Shown here: positions 49,173 through 57,024 of the stretch, piece by piece
Numbering within the stretch: position 1 is the stretch's first letter
Layout: every line of letters begins with the position of its first letter
NCBI GenBank assembly: GCA_947501605.1
Contig: CANMWZ010000022.1
Coordinates: 1-64,000 of the forward strand
Length of the DNA: 64,000 nt
Origin: Planctomycetota bacterium
GTDB lineage: Bacteria > Planctomycetota > UBA1135 > UBA2386
Direction of reading: 5' to 3'
The notes under the pieces: generated by a model
What the model was told of the DNA's origin: nothing
What the model saw: the letters and a program-made list of their open reading frames with translations, nothing else
The model's database searches: none
Program-made: the position numbers and the translations under genes

Positions 49173-51125
49173 TTACTCCTGCTTGCCGAAGCGCTGCGTC
49201 ACGTAGTCGCGCACAAGGTTCGCCAACCCTGCTTGCTGGGCCGCGTCAAACGCGGCGGCCATCGCCTGAAGGCGCTTCTGCTGGTCGCTCTGACGCTGGG
49301 TGTCGAGTTGCAAAAGACGCGCTTCGGCGCGAGCGCGCAGCGCCGCAATGCCCTGTGGATCCTCGACGTTGTTGGCGCCGTAGGTTTCGAGCAACCGATC
49401 GACCCCTGCGACCACACGCTGGAAGCCGCCCCGAGTGTCAAAGAACTCTGCGTCTTCGAGTTCGATCGAGAGTTGCCGCAGACGCTCTTGTGCCGCCTGC
49501 TGCCACTCGCCGCGTCGGGCCACGACGGTCGCAGCCGTCTCGGCATCGTGAGGCACCGTGCGCAACAATTCGCGCAGCATGTCGAGGGCTCCTCCCGGGG
49601 CGCCGGAGTCGGCGCTGGCCTCTGCCGTGCGCAGCAGTTCGCGCGCCTGTTGCCGCTCCTGGCGGAACCCGAACTGCAGCCGGAAGGCAGCGGCCGGAAT
49701 CGTGATGCGATACACACCATTGCCGAGCTTGCCGGTCAGCGCGAGCGCCGCCGGGAGCTCGATGAGACAGCGGGTGGAACGATCGCCGAGCAGCACTCGG
49801 CGGCACGGCCCAAGCGAGTCGGCTTCTGCGCCGCCAAAACCAGCGCCGCCATCGACCAGGAGGCCGCCCGCGTTTTCCGCCGGAAAGTCGAGTTCGAGCG
49901 AGCTACAGCCAGTTGCCTCGAACCGCGCCCCGAACTCGTCCGCAGTAACGCCAATCGCAGCGCCGATGTCAGACAGCGCCAGTTGGTCGGCGGCTGCCAG
50001 CCCACGCAACTCCGCCGCCACATCCGCGGGCCGCAGGGACAGCAGCATGACCGGCGCCTCGGTGTCCATCGATCGCACCGCGAGGCTCTGACCGGCGCCG
50101 ACGACGGTTGCACTCTCGCCAATCTTTTGCTCGATGCCGACTGCTGCTCCTGCCTCCAGCAAGGCGACGTCATCACACTGGACTCGACTCGATTCCGAGG
50201 GCAGCACAGCGACGATCTCGATGCGGCATCGGTCGGCGCCGGGCGGGACCGCGGCGATGACTTCGCGACGCTGCCACTCGGGGCTAGCCGCGAGGTCGGT
50301 ACCGGTGCGGAAGCGGAACGGGGCCTGCTCGTTGCTGCTCCAGAACGTGAGCCGCACGGCCGCGCGAGCGTCCGCCGATGTCCGCAGGTGCGCAGCCGCG
50401 GTCAGCGACCGGCCGCCCAGCACCTTGATCTCGCTCGAAGTCGCGGCAACCGCGAAGTCGACGCCGTCGCCTCCACGCCCGGCCTCGAAGCCGCGGCGGC
50501 CGGTGTGACCCGTGCCACCGCCAGTGAACCCGGCACCGGCGACGCGTAGGTCCCAGCCAGCCTCTTGTTCGCAGCCCGCGGCTTCGCCATCGAGTCGATT
50601 GCTGGGAACCTGCAGCACCGCGCGCGGCCCGGCTGCGGTCTGGCTGCCATCGTCACCGCTGCCAGAACCCTGCAAGGTGAACCACAGGTAGCCACCGGCC
50701 GCCACCAGGAGCACGAGCACCAGCACCATGGTCGAGGCCGATCGACCGCGACCTTGCCCCTTCGCCGCCTCAAGGCGCGCGGCGTCGATGCGGCCGAGTG
50801 CGATCTCTTGCGTGCTGAGGTCCTTGGGTTCGCCCTCCGCTGAAAAGCGCAACCGAATGCGGCCGATCGTGAAGGTGTCACCGCGGCCGAGGACGACTTC
50901 CGTGACTTTGCGACCGTCCATCATCGTGCCGTTCGTCGACCCCAGGTCGCGAAGCACGTAGCGGCCGCCTTCGAACGCCACCTCGGCGTGCACGCCGGAG
51001 GCTTTCTCATCGGCGACGACGAGGTCGTTGCCAGGTTTGCGGCCGATGCGGAGCGTGCCCTCCGCGAGCGACAGGACTTCGCCAGCTCGATCCCCGTCGA
51101 GGATCTCGAGTACGAATTGGGCCAT
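49173..51125 (-). CDS. FHA-domain bitopic membrane protein
   Basis: FHA motifs IGR, SGVH, STNGT; TM helix; CBM-like beta domain; helical C-terminus. Confidence 0.85.
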   Translation of the reverse strand: MAQFVLEILDGDRAGEVLSLAEGTLRIGRKPGNDLVVADEKASGVHAEVAFEGGRYVLRDLGSTNGTMMDGRKVTEVVLGRGDTFTIGRIRLRFSAEGEPKDLSTQEIALGRIDAARLEAAKGQGRGRSASTMVLVLVLLVAAGGYLWFTLQGSGSGDDGSQTAAGPRAVLQVPSNRLDGEAAGCEQEAGWDLRVAGAGFTGGGTGHTGRRGFEAGRGGDGVDFAVAATSSEIKVLGGRSLTAAAHLRTSADARAAVRLTFWSSNEQAPFRFRTGTDLAASPEWQRREVIAAVPPGADRCRIEIVAVLPSESSRVQCDDVALLEAGAAVGIEQKIGESATVVGAGQSLAVRSMDTEAPVMLLSLRPADVAAELRGLAAADQLALSDIGAAIGVTADEFGARFEATGCSSLELDFPAENAGGLLVDGGAGFGGAEADSLGPCRRVLLGDRSTRCLIELPAALALTGKLGNGVYRITIPAAAFRLQFGFRQERQQARELLRTAEASADSGAPGGALDMLRELLRTVPHDAETAATVVARRGEWQQAAQERLRQLSIELEDAEFFDTRGGFQRVVAGVDRLLETYGANNVEDPQGIAALRARAEARLLQLDTQRQSDQQKRLQAMAAAFDAAQQAGLANLVRDYVTQRFGKQE

Positions 51126-51178
51126 GCTGCGATTGGGCAGCCGGTGCGAGCGGCCGCCATTCAGGGTTGGGTTGAAGG

Positions 51179-51288
51179 CTGCGTAGGCCGGCTGAGTTCA
51201 CCTGCAACCACCAGGAGACTAGGGCAGCAGGCCCTGGGGGTTACTCCGACGCTACGGCCGCGAGGCGCGACCGACCTAACCTACGCAG
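51179..51288 (-). ncRNA. Candidate structured RNA or leader upstream of the pilus operon
   Basis: Nested inverted repeats whose non-Watson-Crick positions are G-U pairs only on the minus strand; family not recognised. Confidence 0.4.
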
Positions 51289-52867
51289 GCCCAGGGTGGA
51301 ATCCAACACGCCGCTCATTCCATTCGTCCGCCGCCGCGATGGTCGCTCGGGCCGACAGTGCCGCCAGCAGCGCCTCGGCCTCGGCTTTGGCCAGGTCCGG
51401 GATCCGGGTCGGTGGTCCACCAGCGACGAAGATTCGCAGTTCGGACAGACCGAGCAGACGTTGCAGCGGTCCGCGCATCAGGGCCACGGCCTGAACTTTG
51501 GCCGTCGGCAGCAGGACCTGATAGCTGCCAAGCACGCCCCAGCGAAGATACACATGGTGCTGCCAGAGGCCGTAGGCCAGCCCCTGCCAGTAGAGCCGAC
51601 CCAGCAACCAAGCGAACGGGACCAGCAGCAGACCGAACCACGCTGCTTCGTGCGCAAACGGCAGCAGGACGGCAATCAGCACGGCAATGTCCATGCAACT
51701 GCGCAGGAACACGCGCCAGACCAGCATGCGCGAGGCGCGCGACACCTGCGTCGATGACTGCTCGAGTCCTGGCAACACTGCGGGCAGCAGGGCTTCGATG
51801 CCGGCAAGCTCCGCAAGCGGAATCACCACATCGAAACCGCCGGGCGCCTCCTCACCGGTGCCACGCCCAGAACCCGCGGAATCGGCGCGCGCGACCGCGA
51901 CCCCGAGCAACCGGCGCAGCCACGTCTGCTCGACCCGGACCCGCTGCACGCGCTGGCGCGGCAGCGTCTTCTGCCGCGTCGTCAGCAGGCCGAATCGGCA
52001 CAGCAACGAATCGGCGCGCAGCGACAGGTGAAAGCCGTGGAAGGCCATCAGATTGCCAACCGCAGCAAACGCGACCGAAAGTGCCAGCACGCCGAAGACC
52101 AGCCCGAGCAACATGCCGGCTGCCAGCATGATCGGAAAGCCGCGAAGCCAGTCGTAGAAGGTGGCCCCGACGCCACGGATCTGCGTGAGCACCCCCAGTC
52201 GGTCGGCGACTTCGTAGGCGCCGAAGGCAGCAACCAGCACGGCCCCGATGCGTAAATCGGTCAGGCCGCGCAGCAGCAACATGCCTGGCGAGGCCCGGTA
52301 GATGGTCCACTCGGGATCGGGCGCTGCGCTCGGCGGCGGCGGGAAGGAACCATCCGCGGGGCTCACACCCGCGTTCTCTACGCCGCGGGCAACCCGCACT
52401 CGAAGCCGCAGCAGCACTTCGCGCAGGTTCTCGGACTCGCCGCGGCCGAGCGAATCCAGCACGGCCTCGACGCCTTGACCCGATGCGGTCTCGACGCGCA
52501 CCACGGTCAAACCGAGGATGCGACGCAAGATCGTCGACTCGAAGCCCAAATCCTGGATGCGATCGATCGGGATGCGACGCTCCTGCCGGTGCAGCACGCC
52601 TTCCCGGGTGCGCAGTTCGTCCTCGGTCAACACGTAATGAAACGTCAGATACCGAACGAGCCCGGTGCCGACCTGGACCAAGAACAGGACGCCACCCAGG
52701 ATCAGGAACATCCGATCGGCGACGAGGCCCAGCAGGCAAGGGAAGGCGGCGCTGCGCAGTCCGCCGATCAGGGACAACAGCAGCACCGCCGGATGCAGGT
52801 GCCCGCGCAGCAGAACAGCGCCCTCGCTGGGCGACGCCGCGGCAACGGCTGGCAGTTCAGACGACAT
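51281..52867 (-). CDS. YdbT-like membrane protein with bacterial PH (bPH_2) domains
   Basis: Repeated G.L.....IP..RIQ.......L.R.LGL units between TM pairs. Confidence 0.85.
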   Translation of the reverse strand: MSSELPAVAAASPSEGAVLLRGHLHPAVLLLSLIGGLRSAAFPCLLGLVADRMFLILGGVLFLVQVGTGLVRYLTFHYVLTEDELRTREGVLHRQERRIPIDRIQDLGFESTILRRILGLTVVRVETASGQGVEAVLDSLGRGESENLREVLLRLRVRVARGVENAGVSPADGSFPPPPSAAPDPEWTIYRASPGMLLLRGLTDLRIGAVLVAAFGAYEVADRLGVLTQIRGVGATFYDWLRGFPIMLAAGMLLGLVFGVLALSVAFAAVGNLMAFHGFHLSLRADSLLCRFGLLTTRQKTLPRQRVQRVRVEQTWLRRLLGVAVARADSAGSGRGTGEEAPGGFDVVIPLAELAGIEALLPAVLPGLEQSSTQVSRASRMLVWRVFLRSCMDIAVLIAVLLPFAHEAAWFGLLLVPFAWLLGRLYWQGLAYGLWQHHVYLRWGVLGSYQVLLPTAKVQAVALMRGPLQRLLGLSELRIFVAGGPPTRIPDLAKAEAEALLAALSARATIAAADEWNERRVGFHPGPA

Positions 52868-53384
52868 CGCGGCCACGCGCGCGCAGGATGCGGTCACGCA
52901 GCGCTTCCGCGCGCACACGCGACAGGCCCGGCACGCGGAAAGCGGAGCCCTCGTTGCCGGCAGTAAACACGACGAGTGTGGCCAAGCCGAACAAGCGCTC
53001 GATGGGCCCGCGCATCAAGTCCACGTGTTGCATGCGCGGCACCGGCACGTGGCGGTTCTCCAAGAACAGGATGCCAAACCGCAGGGACAGCAGACGGTCA
53101 TCGACCGTGAATCGCCAGTTGGCGAACGCGAACGGCGGCACCACGAGGGCCACGAACACCAGCAGGCCACCCGCGATCCACGCCACCACGGGAGCCCATG
53201 TCGGCCCGTTGCCGCTTTGGCGCCAGAACTCGACGCCGATCACGAGGATGGCGGCAAGGACCAGCGACTTCAGCAGGTCCGTGGCGTACCAGTAGGCGAC
53301 GACGCGGCGCTCGAGACGTTCCTCGCCACCATCGACGAGCGGCGGCGCACCGTGCGGAGGTTGCGAGACGTCGTTCGGGTCCAT
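52857..53384 (-). CDS. YdbS-like membrane protein with one bPH_2 domain
   Basis: Two TM helices, then VPVPRMQHVDLMRGPIERLFGLATLVVFTAG. Confidence 0.87.
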   Translation of the reverse strand: MDPNDVSQPPHGAPPLVDGGEERLERRVVAYWYATDLLKSLVLAAILVIGVEFWRQSGNGPTWAPVVAWIAGGLLVFVALVVPPFAFANWRFTVDDRLLSLRFGILFLENRHVPVPRMQHVDLMRGPIERLFGLATLVVFTAGNEGSAFRVPGLSRVRAEALRDRILRARGRDVV

Positions 53385-53539
53385 GGATGCGAGCGTGCCG
53401 GACGATGCCCGCCAGCGCAACGATGCGCGTCCGCCTGTGGTCAGCGGACGCGCGCATCGCCATGGTCGTCGGCGCGCAGAACGCGCACCGAACCAAACCA
53501 CCGAGCTCTGGCTCGAACGAAGACGACCGAACGAAGAAG

Positions 53540-53617
53540 TGGGGTGACTGACGGGATTTGAACCCGCGACCCTCAGAACCACAATCTGATGCTCTAACCA
53601 ACTGAGCTACAGCCACC
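53540..53617 (-). tRNA. tRNA-His(GTG), including G-1
   Basis: Minus strand GGTGGCTGTAGCTCAG...TCAGA-TTGTGGT-TCTGA...CAGTCACCCCA. Confidence 0.97.
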
Positions 53618-53637
53618 GTGCTCGGGTCGGGGCGGGG

Positions 53638-53666
53638 ACTTTGCCGCGCCCTCGCCGCACCGTCAA
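53638..53666 (-). promoter_or_regulatory. Putative sigma70-type promoter of tRNA-His
   Basis: TTGACG-N17-CAAAGT on the minus strand. Confidence 0.5.
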
Positions 53667-53695
53667 GTTCGCAGCGGCAAACCGTACCCGAATGC

Positions 53696-53724
53696 TTGCA
53701 CGCATGTAGGACGGTGGCTATGGT
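53696..53724 (+). promoter_or_regulatory. Putative sigma70-type promoter of tRNA-Lys
   Basis: TTGCAC-N17-TATGGT. Confidence 0.55.
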
Positions 53725-53739
53725 CCCCGCCCCCAACTC

Positions 53740-53815
53740 GCCTCCATAGCTCAGTTGGTAGAGCAGCGGATTCTTAATCCGCGGGTCCTAGGTTCGATCC
53801 CTAGTGGAGGTACCA
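53740..53815 (+). tRNA. tRNA-Lys(CTT)
   Basis: GCCTCCATAGCTCAG...GCGGA-TTCTTAA-TCCGC...GGTTCGATCC...GGAGGTACCA, 76 nt. Confidence 0.97.
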
Positions 53816-53949
53816 ACTTCGCGCGCACAGCCCCCGGGTGCGGCCGCCATGGAGTTAGGCCGGTCGAAGTTTGCGTTTTGGGGCGTTCGCGCTCTGGGGC
53901 TGCGGGCACCGACGTTGGGCGCGCATCCGGCCAGAACCGCGCCCGCCGC

Positions 53950-55632
53950 TCAGAGATCCGCGCGCTCCGCGGTCTCGCTGACGGACGAGTGCTCGGCCAG
54001 GACCGGCTCCTTGGGGATGTGCAGCACGAACTCGGTGCCGGCACCCTCGGTGGATTCGAACGTCACCGAGCCGCCGTGGCCGGCAGTGATCTCCTTGACG
54101 ATGTGCAGTCCAAGGCCGTTGCCGCTGATGCCGCCGGTGTTGCTGCCGCGCTCAAAGCGGCGGAACAGACGGGCGCGATCGCTCTCGGGGATGCCGATGC
54201 CGTTGTCGCGAACGTGGAGCCCCCAGCTGTCGCCCTCGTCCTCGGCAAACACGCGAATGGTGGGTCGCCGATCCGGGCTCGCGTATTGCAGCGCGTTGCC
54301 GAGCAGATTGGTCAGGGCCTTGGTCAACGCCCACTGGTCGGCGGTGATCGTCGGCATCGGCTCGACCCGCAGCAGCACGTCGCGGTCCTCGATCTCGAAA
54401 CGCATGTGATTCGCGATCTGACCGAGCAGCAGCGTCAGATCCACAGGCTGGAAGTTGAGTTGGACACCGTCGTGGTCGAGCCGCGAACTGTCGAGCAGAT
54501 CGCGGATCAGCAACTCCATCTGATTGACTGCCAAGAGGCCGTTCTGAATCGCCTGCTGCTGCTGGCCCGAGAGTTCCCCGAGATAGCCCTTCTTGAGCGT
54601 CGACAGCATCAAGCGCACAGCGCTCAGCGGTCGGTTGAGGTCGTGCACCGTGTTCTGTGCGACCTCCACCATCTCTCGGACTTTGCGTTCGAGCAGGTTC
54701 TTGTGCTGGTCGAGATCGCCGAAGCGGCGCGCAAGTTCGAGCGAGGAGCGGACGCTGCTGGCGAGGAGAGCACCGTTCTCGCCGTCCGTGTCGTCGGACG
54801 CCATCGACGGCGCTTCGGGAGCCGGAGCGAGCTCGGCGTCAAGTTCGGCATCGGACAGCCGCTCATCGCCGCGCACCGGGCCCTCGACCTCACCGCTGCC
54901 GTCGGACTCGTCGACGCGAAAGCTCGTCTGCGGCAACTCTTCGATTGCCACCTCAGCACGCTCGCGACGCACCTCGTCACAGATCTCCCACAACTTCGTT
55001 CGCGCGCCTTCGGCAACGTCCTCGGCCGAGGCGCTGCCGCGGCCAAGCCCGTACTGCCGGACCTTCGACTCGATGAGGAGCCCCGCCGCATGCACAAAGG
55101 TCTCGAACACCCCATAGCCCTCGGTCGCGACCGACGGGAACGCATCGATGTCGGGCCGAAACCGAAAGTGCCGATCCAGCTCGGGCTCGCTCAGGATGTC
55201 CGGCAAGTCGCGTTTGTTGTATTGGATGATGATCGGGATGTCGGTGGCCGAGGCCGCGCGCAAGTTCTCGATCATGCTCTGCATGGACTCGAGGTTCTCC
55301 TGCAGTCGGCTGCGCTGACTGTCCACAACGAACACCACCGCATCGGCGCCGTTCAACACGTACTTGCGCATCTGCCGGTACTTGGGTTGCCCAGGCACGG
55401 TGAAGCCTTGGATCCGGATCTTGAACCCACCGACGCTGCCGAGGTTGATCGGCAGGAAGTCGAACAACAGGGTGCTGTCTTCCTCGGTGTTGATCGAGAC
55501 GAGCTGCACCTCGTTGCGCGGGCAGAGAATCCCGTGCACGCGCTGCAGGCTCGTGGTCTTGCCGCCGACGCCTACCCCGTAGTAGACGAGCTTGGCGTTG
55601 ATTGTTCGTTCGGCGACGTTGATGAAGCCCAT
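53950..55632 (-). CDS. MglA-type small GTPase fused to a histidine kinase (HisKA + HATPase_c)
   Basis: FIN...INAKLVYYG...GKTT, TLLFDFLP, TVPGQ, NKRD, SVA..G.GVFET; then H-box HDLNRPL, N-box NLLGNA, DNGIGI, GNGLGL. Confidence 0.9.
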   Translation of the reverse strand: MGFINVAERTINAKLVYYGVGVGGKTTSLQRVHGILCPRNEVQLVSINTEEDSTLLFDFLPINLGSVGGFKIRIQGFTVPGQPKYRQMRKYVLNGADAVVFVVDSQRSRLQENLESMQSMIENLRAASATDIPIIIQYNKRDLPDILSEPELDRHFRFRPDIDAFPSVATEGYGVFETFVHAAGLLIESKVRQYGLGRGSASAEDVAEGARTKLWEICDEVRRERAEVAIEELPQTSFRVDESDGSGEVEGPVRGDERLSDAELDAELAPAPEAPSMASDDTDGENGALLASSVRSSLELARRFGDLDQHKNLLERKVREMVEVAQNTVHDLNRPLSAVRLMLSTLKKGYLGELSGQQQQAIQNGLLAVNQMELLIRDLLDSSRLDHDGVQLNFQPVDLTLLLGQIANHMRFEIEDRDVLLRVEPMPTITADQWALTKALTNLLGNALQYASPDRRPTIRVFAEDEGDSWGLHVRDNGIGIPESDRARLFRRFERGSNTGGISGNGLGLHIVKEITAGHGGSVTFESTEGAGTEFVLHIPKEPVLAEHSSVSETAERADL

Positions 55633-55686
55633 GTGCGACGGCGTCGGGATTTCCGCACCGACATCGGCATCGAGGGCACTCCTTCT

Positions 55687-57024
55687 TCAGCCGCCGAGCG
55701 GAGGCTTCGTGTTCGGGATCAACCCGCCAAGCCACACCCCGGCGTCCAACAGGCTGAGCAGTGCCGCTGTCAGGCCCTTCCCATCGACCTCTGCGAGCGC
55801 GTGCACAGCAGCGTCGGCGATCCCGAAGTGGCCCAACAGACAAGCGGCCCGAGCGCGCGGTAGCAGACTCGCGGGCACCCGCGAAAGGGCTTGGCTCAGG
55901 GTGGTTGCGAACGGCGGCACTGCCAGCTCGGCGCGAACGACCGCAAGCGCGGCCGCGATCTCGCCAGCGGTTGGCGGCGTCGTCTCGTACGAGGCCAACA
56001 GGCTTTCGAGCTCGCGGCGTGGCACCTCTGGACCGCCCTCGGCAGGCGCGCGGCGGAACAACATCACCAGCGGGTCGCCCAGCAGAAAGTCTGCTTGCAC
56101 GAACGGGGCTCGCGCGAGCGACTCATTGCCGCGCCACGACTGGAACCGCGTCCGCGCCCGCAGTCGCAGGAGTTCGATCGCTGCAGCGGCAGACAGCGAA
56201 TCGTCGCTGGGCACGGGGAGCCGTAGCGCCGCAGCCACATAGGCAGCATCGATGCGGGGGTGCGGTTCCAGCGCGATCGGCAACGTGCCGTCGTGCCGCC
56301 AGTTCGCCGCTTCGATCGTTGCCGGTGTCGGACCAGCGGCAACGTTGGCAAGCACGAGCCAGAGGCGCGCCCCAACACTAGCCTCGCCGACCGTACAAAC
56401 GCGCAAGGGTGCCGAGAGCGGCAGCGCCGACGCCGTCACGAACGCGGCGGTTCCGCAGCGCTGAAGTGACGACGCATCGCCAAGGACGCCCGTCGCACGC
56501 GAGGTCGCGGCGAACACCGCACGACGAGCGAGCCCGTGCAGCACTTCACCAGGGTAGAGCCAGTCCGCGTCGTCGGCCGCGAGCGCCGCCAGCGCCAAGG
56601 TGCGGGCCAAGGTGTCGGTCGAGCAGTCGCCGAACGGCCGCAACAGCGCCTCGAGCCAGCTCGCGGCGGTCGTCGGCGAGGCGGACCTCAGCACCACTGA
56701 GAAGACCGTGAAGCCATCGCCGAGTTCGCGCTGCGTCGTCGCACCCGCTGGCAGCACGGCGTCGGCATTCACCGCACGCTGCATGGCGAGCGCATGCTCG
56801 AGCGCCCGCTGCGCGCCACCGTCCACGAGCGGACGCCATGGCCATACGACCGCAATGGCAACCGCATCCGTCTGCGGAACTTCAATCGCCCTGAGAGCAT
56901 GGCCGTTCGGCGTGCGTTGCCACGCTCCCGCAGTCGTCACCGCGGGTTCCTGGGCCGAGAGTGCGGCCCCGAGCAGGAAGCTCATCTGCAGACTCGACCA
57001 CATCGGCTTCGTCACTCTTGCCAT
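55687..57024 (-). CDS. Degenerate M16 peptidase-like exported protein
   Basis: Signal-like N-terminus, TPNG motif, RALEH in place of HxxEH; weak resemblance. Confidence 0.45.
   Translation of the reverse strand: MARVTKPMWSSLQMSFLLGAALSAQEPAVTTAGAWQRTPNGHALRAIEVPQTDAVAIAVVWPWRPLVDGGAQRALEHALAMQRAVNADAVLPAGATTQRELGDGFTVFSVVLRSASPTTAASWLEALLRPFGDCSTDTLARTLALAALAADDADWLYPGEVLHGLARRAVFAATSRATGVLGDASSLQRCGTAAFVTASALPLSAPLRVCTVGEASVGARLWLVLANVAAGPTPATIEAANWRHDGTLPIALEPHPRIDAAYVAAALRLPVPSDDSLSAAAAIELLRLRARTRFQSWRGNESLARAPFVQADFLLGDPLVMLFRRAPAEGGPEVPRRELESLLASYETTPPTAGEIAAALAVVRAELAVPPFATTLSQALSRVPASLLPRARAACLLGHFGIADAAVHALAEVDGKGLTAALLSLLDAGVWLGGLIPNTKPPLGG

Noticed and set aside
51179..51288. Assignment of the structured region to SRP RNA, 6S RNA or a c-di-GMP riboswitch
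   Set aside because: The diagnostic conserved motifs were not found on the relevant strand; kept only as an unassigned candidate.
53385..53582. Upstream extension of the ydbS-like ORF
   Set aside because: Runs into tRNA-His; ATG 53384 is more plausible.
53540..53950. tRNA-His/Lys (also tRNA-Glu, tRNA-Leu) as island integration sites
   Set aside because: No duplicated tRNA 3' ends or mobility genes were seen, and flanking genes look native.
53755..55863. 702-aa plus-strand ORF and similar long antisense ORFs (24499-26595, 37736-39559, 28113-29786)
   Set aside because: Antisense to well-supported genes; such open frames are expected at high GC and show no motifs.
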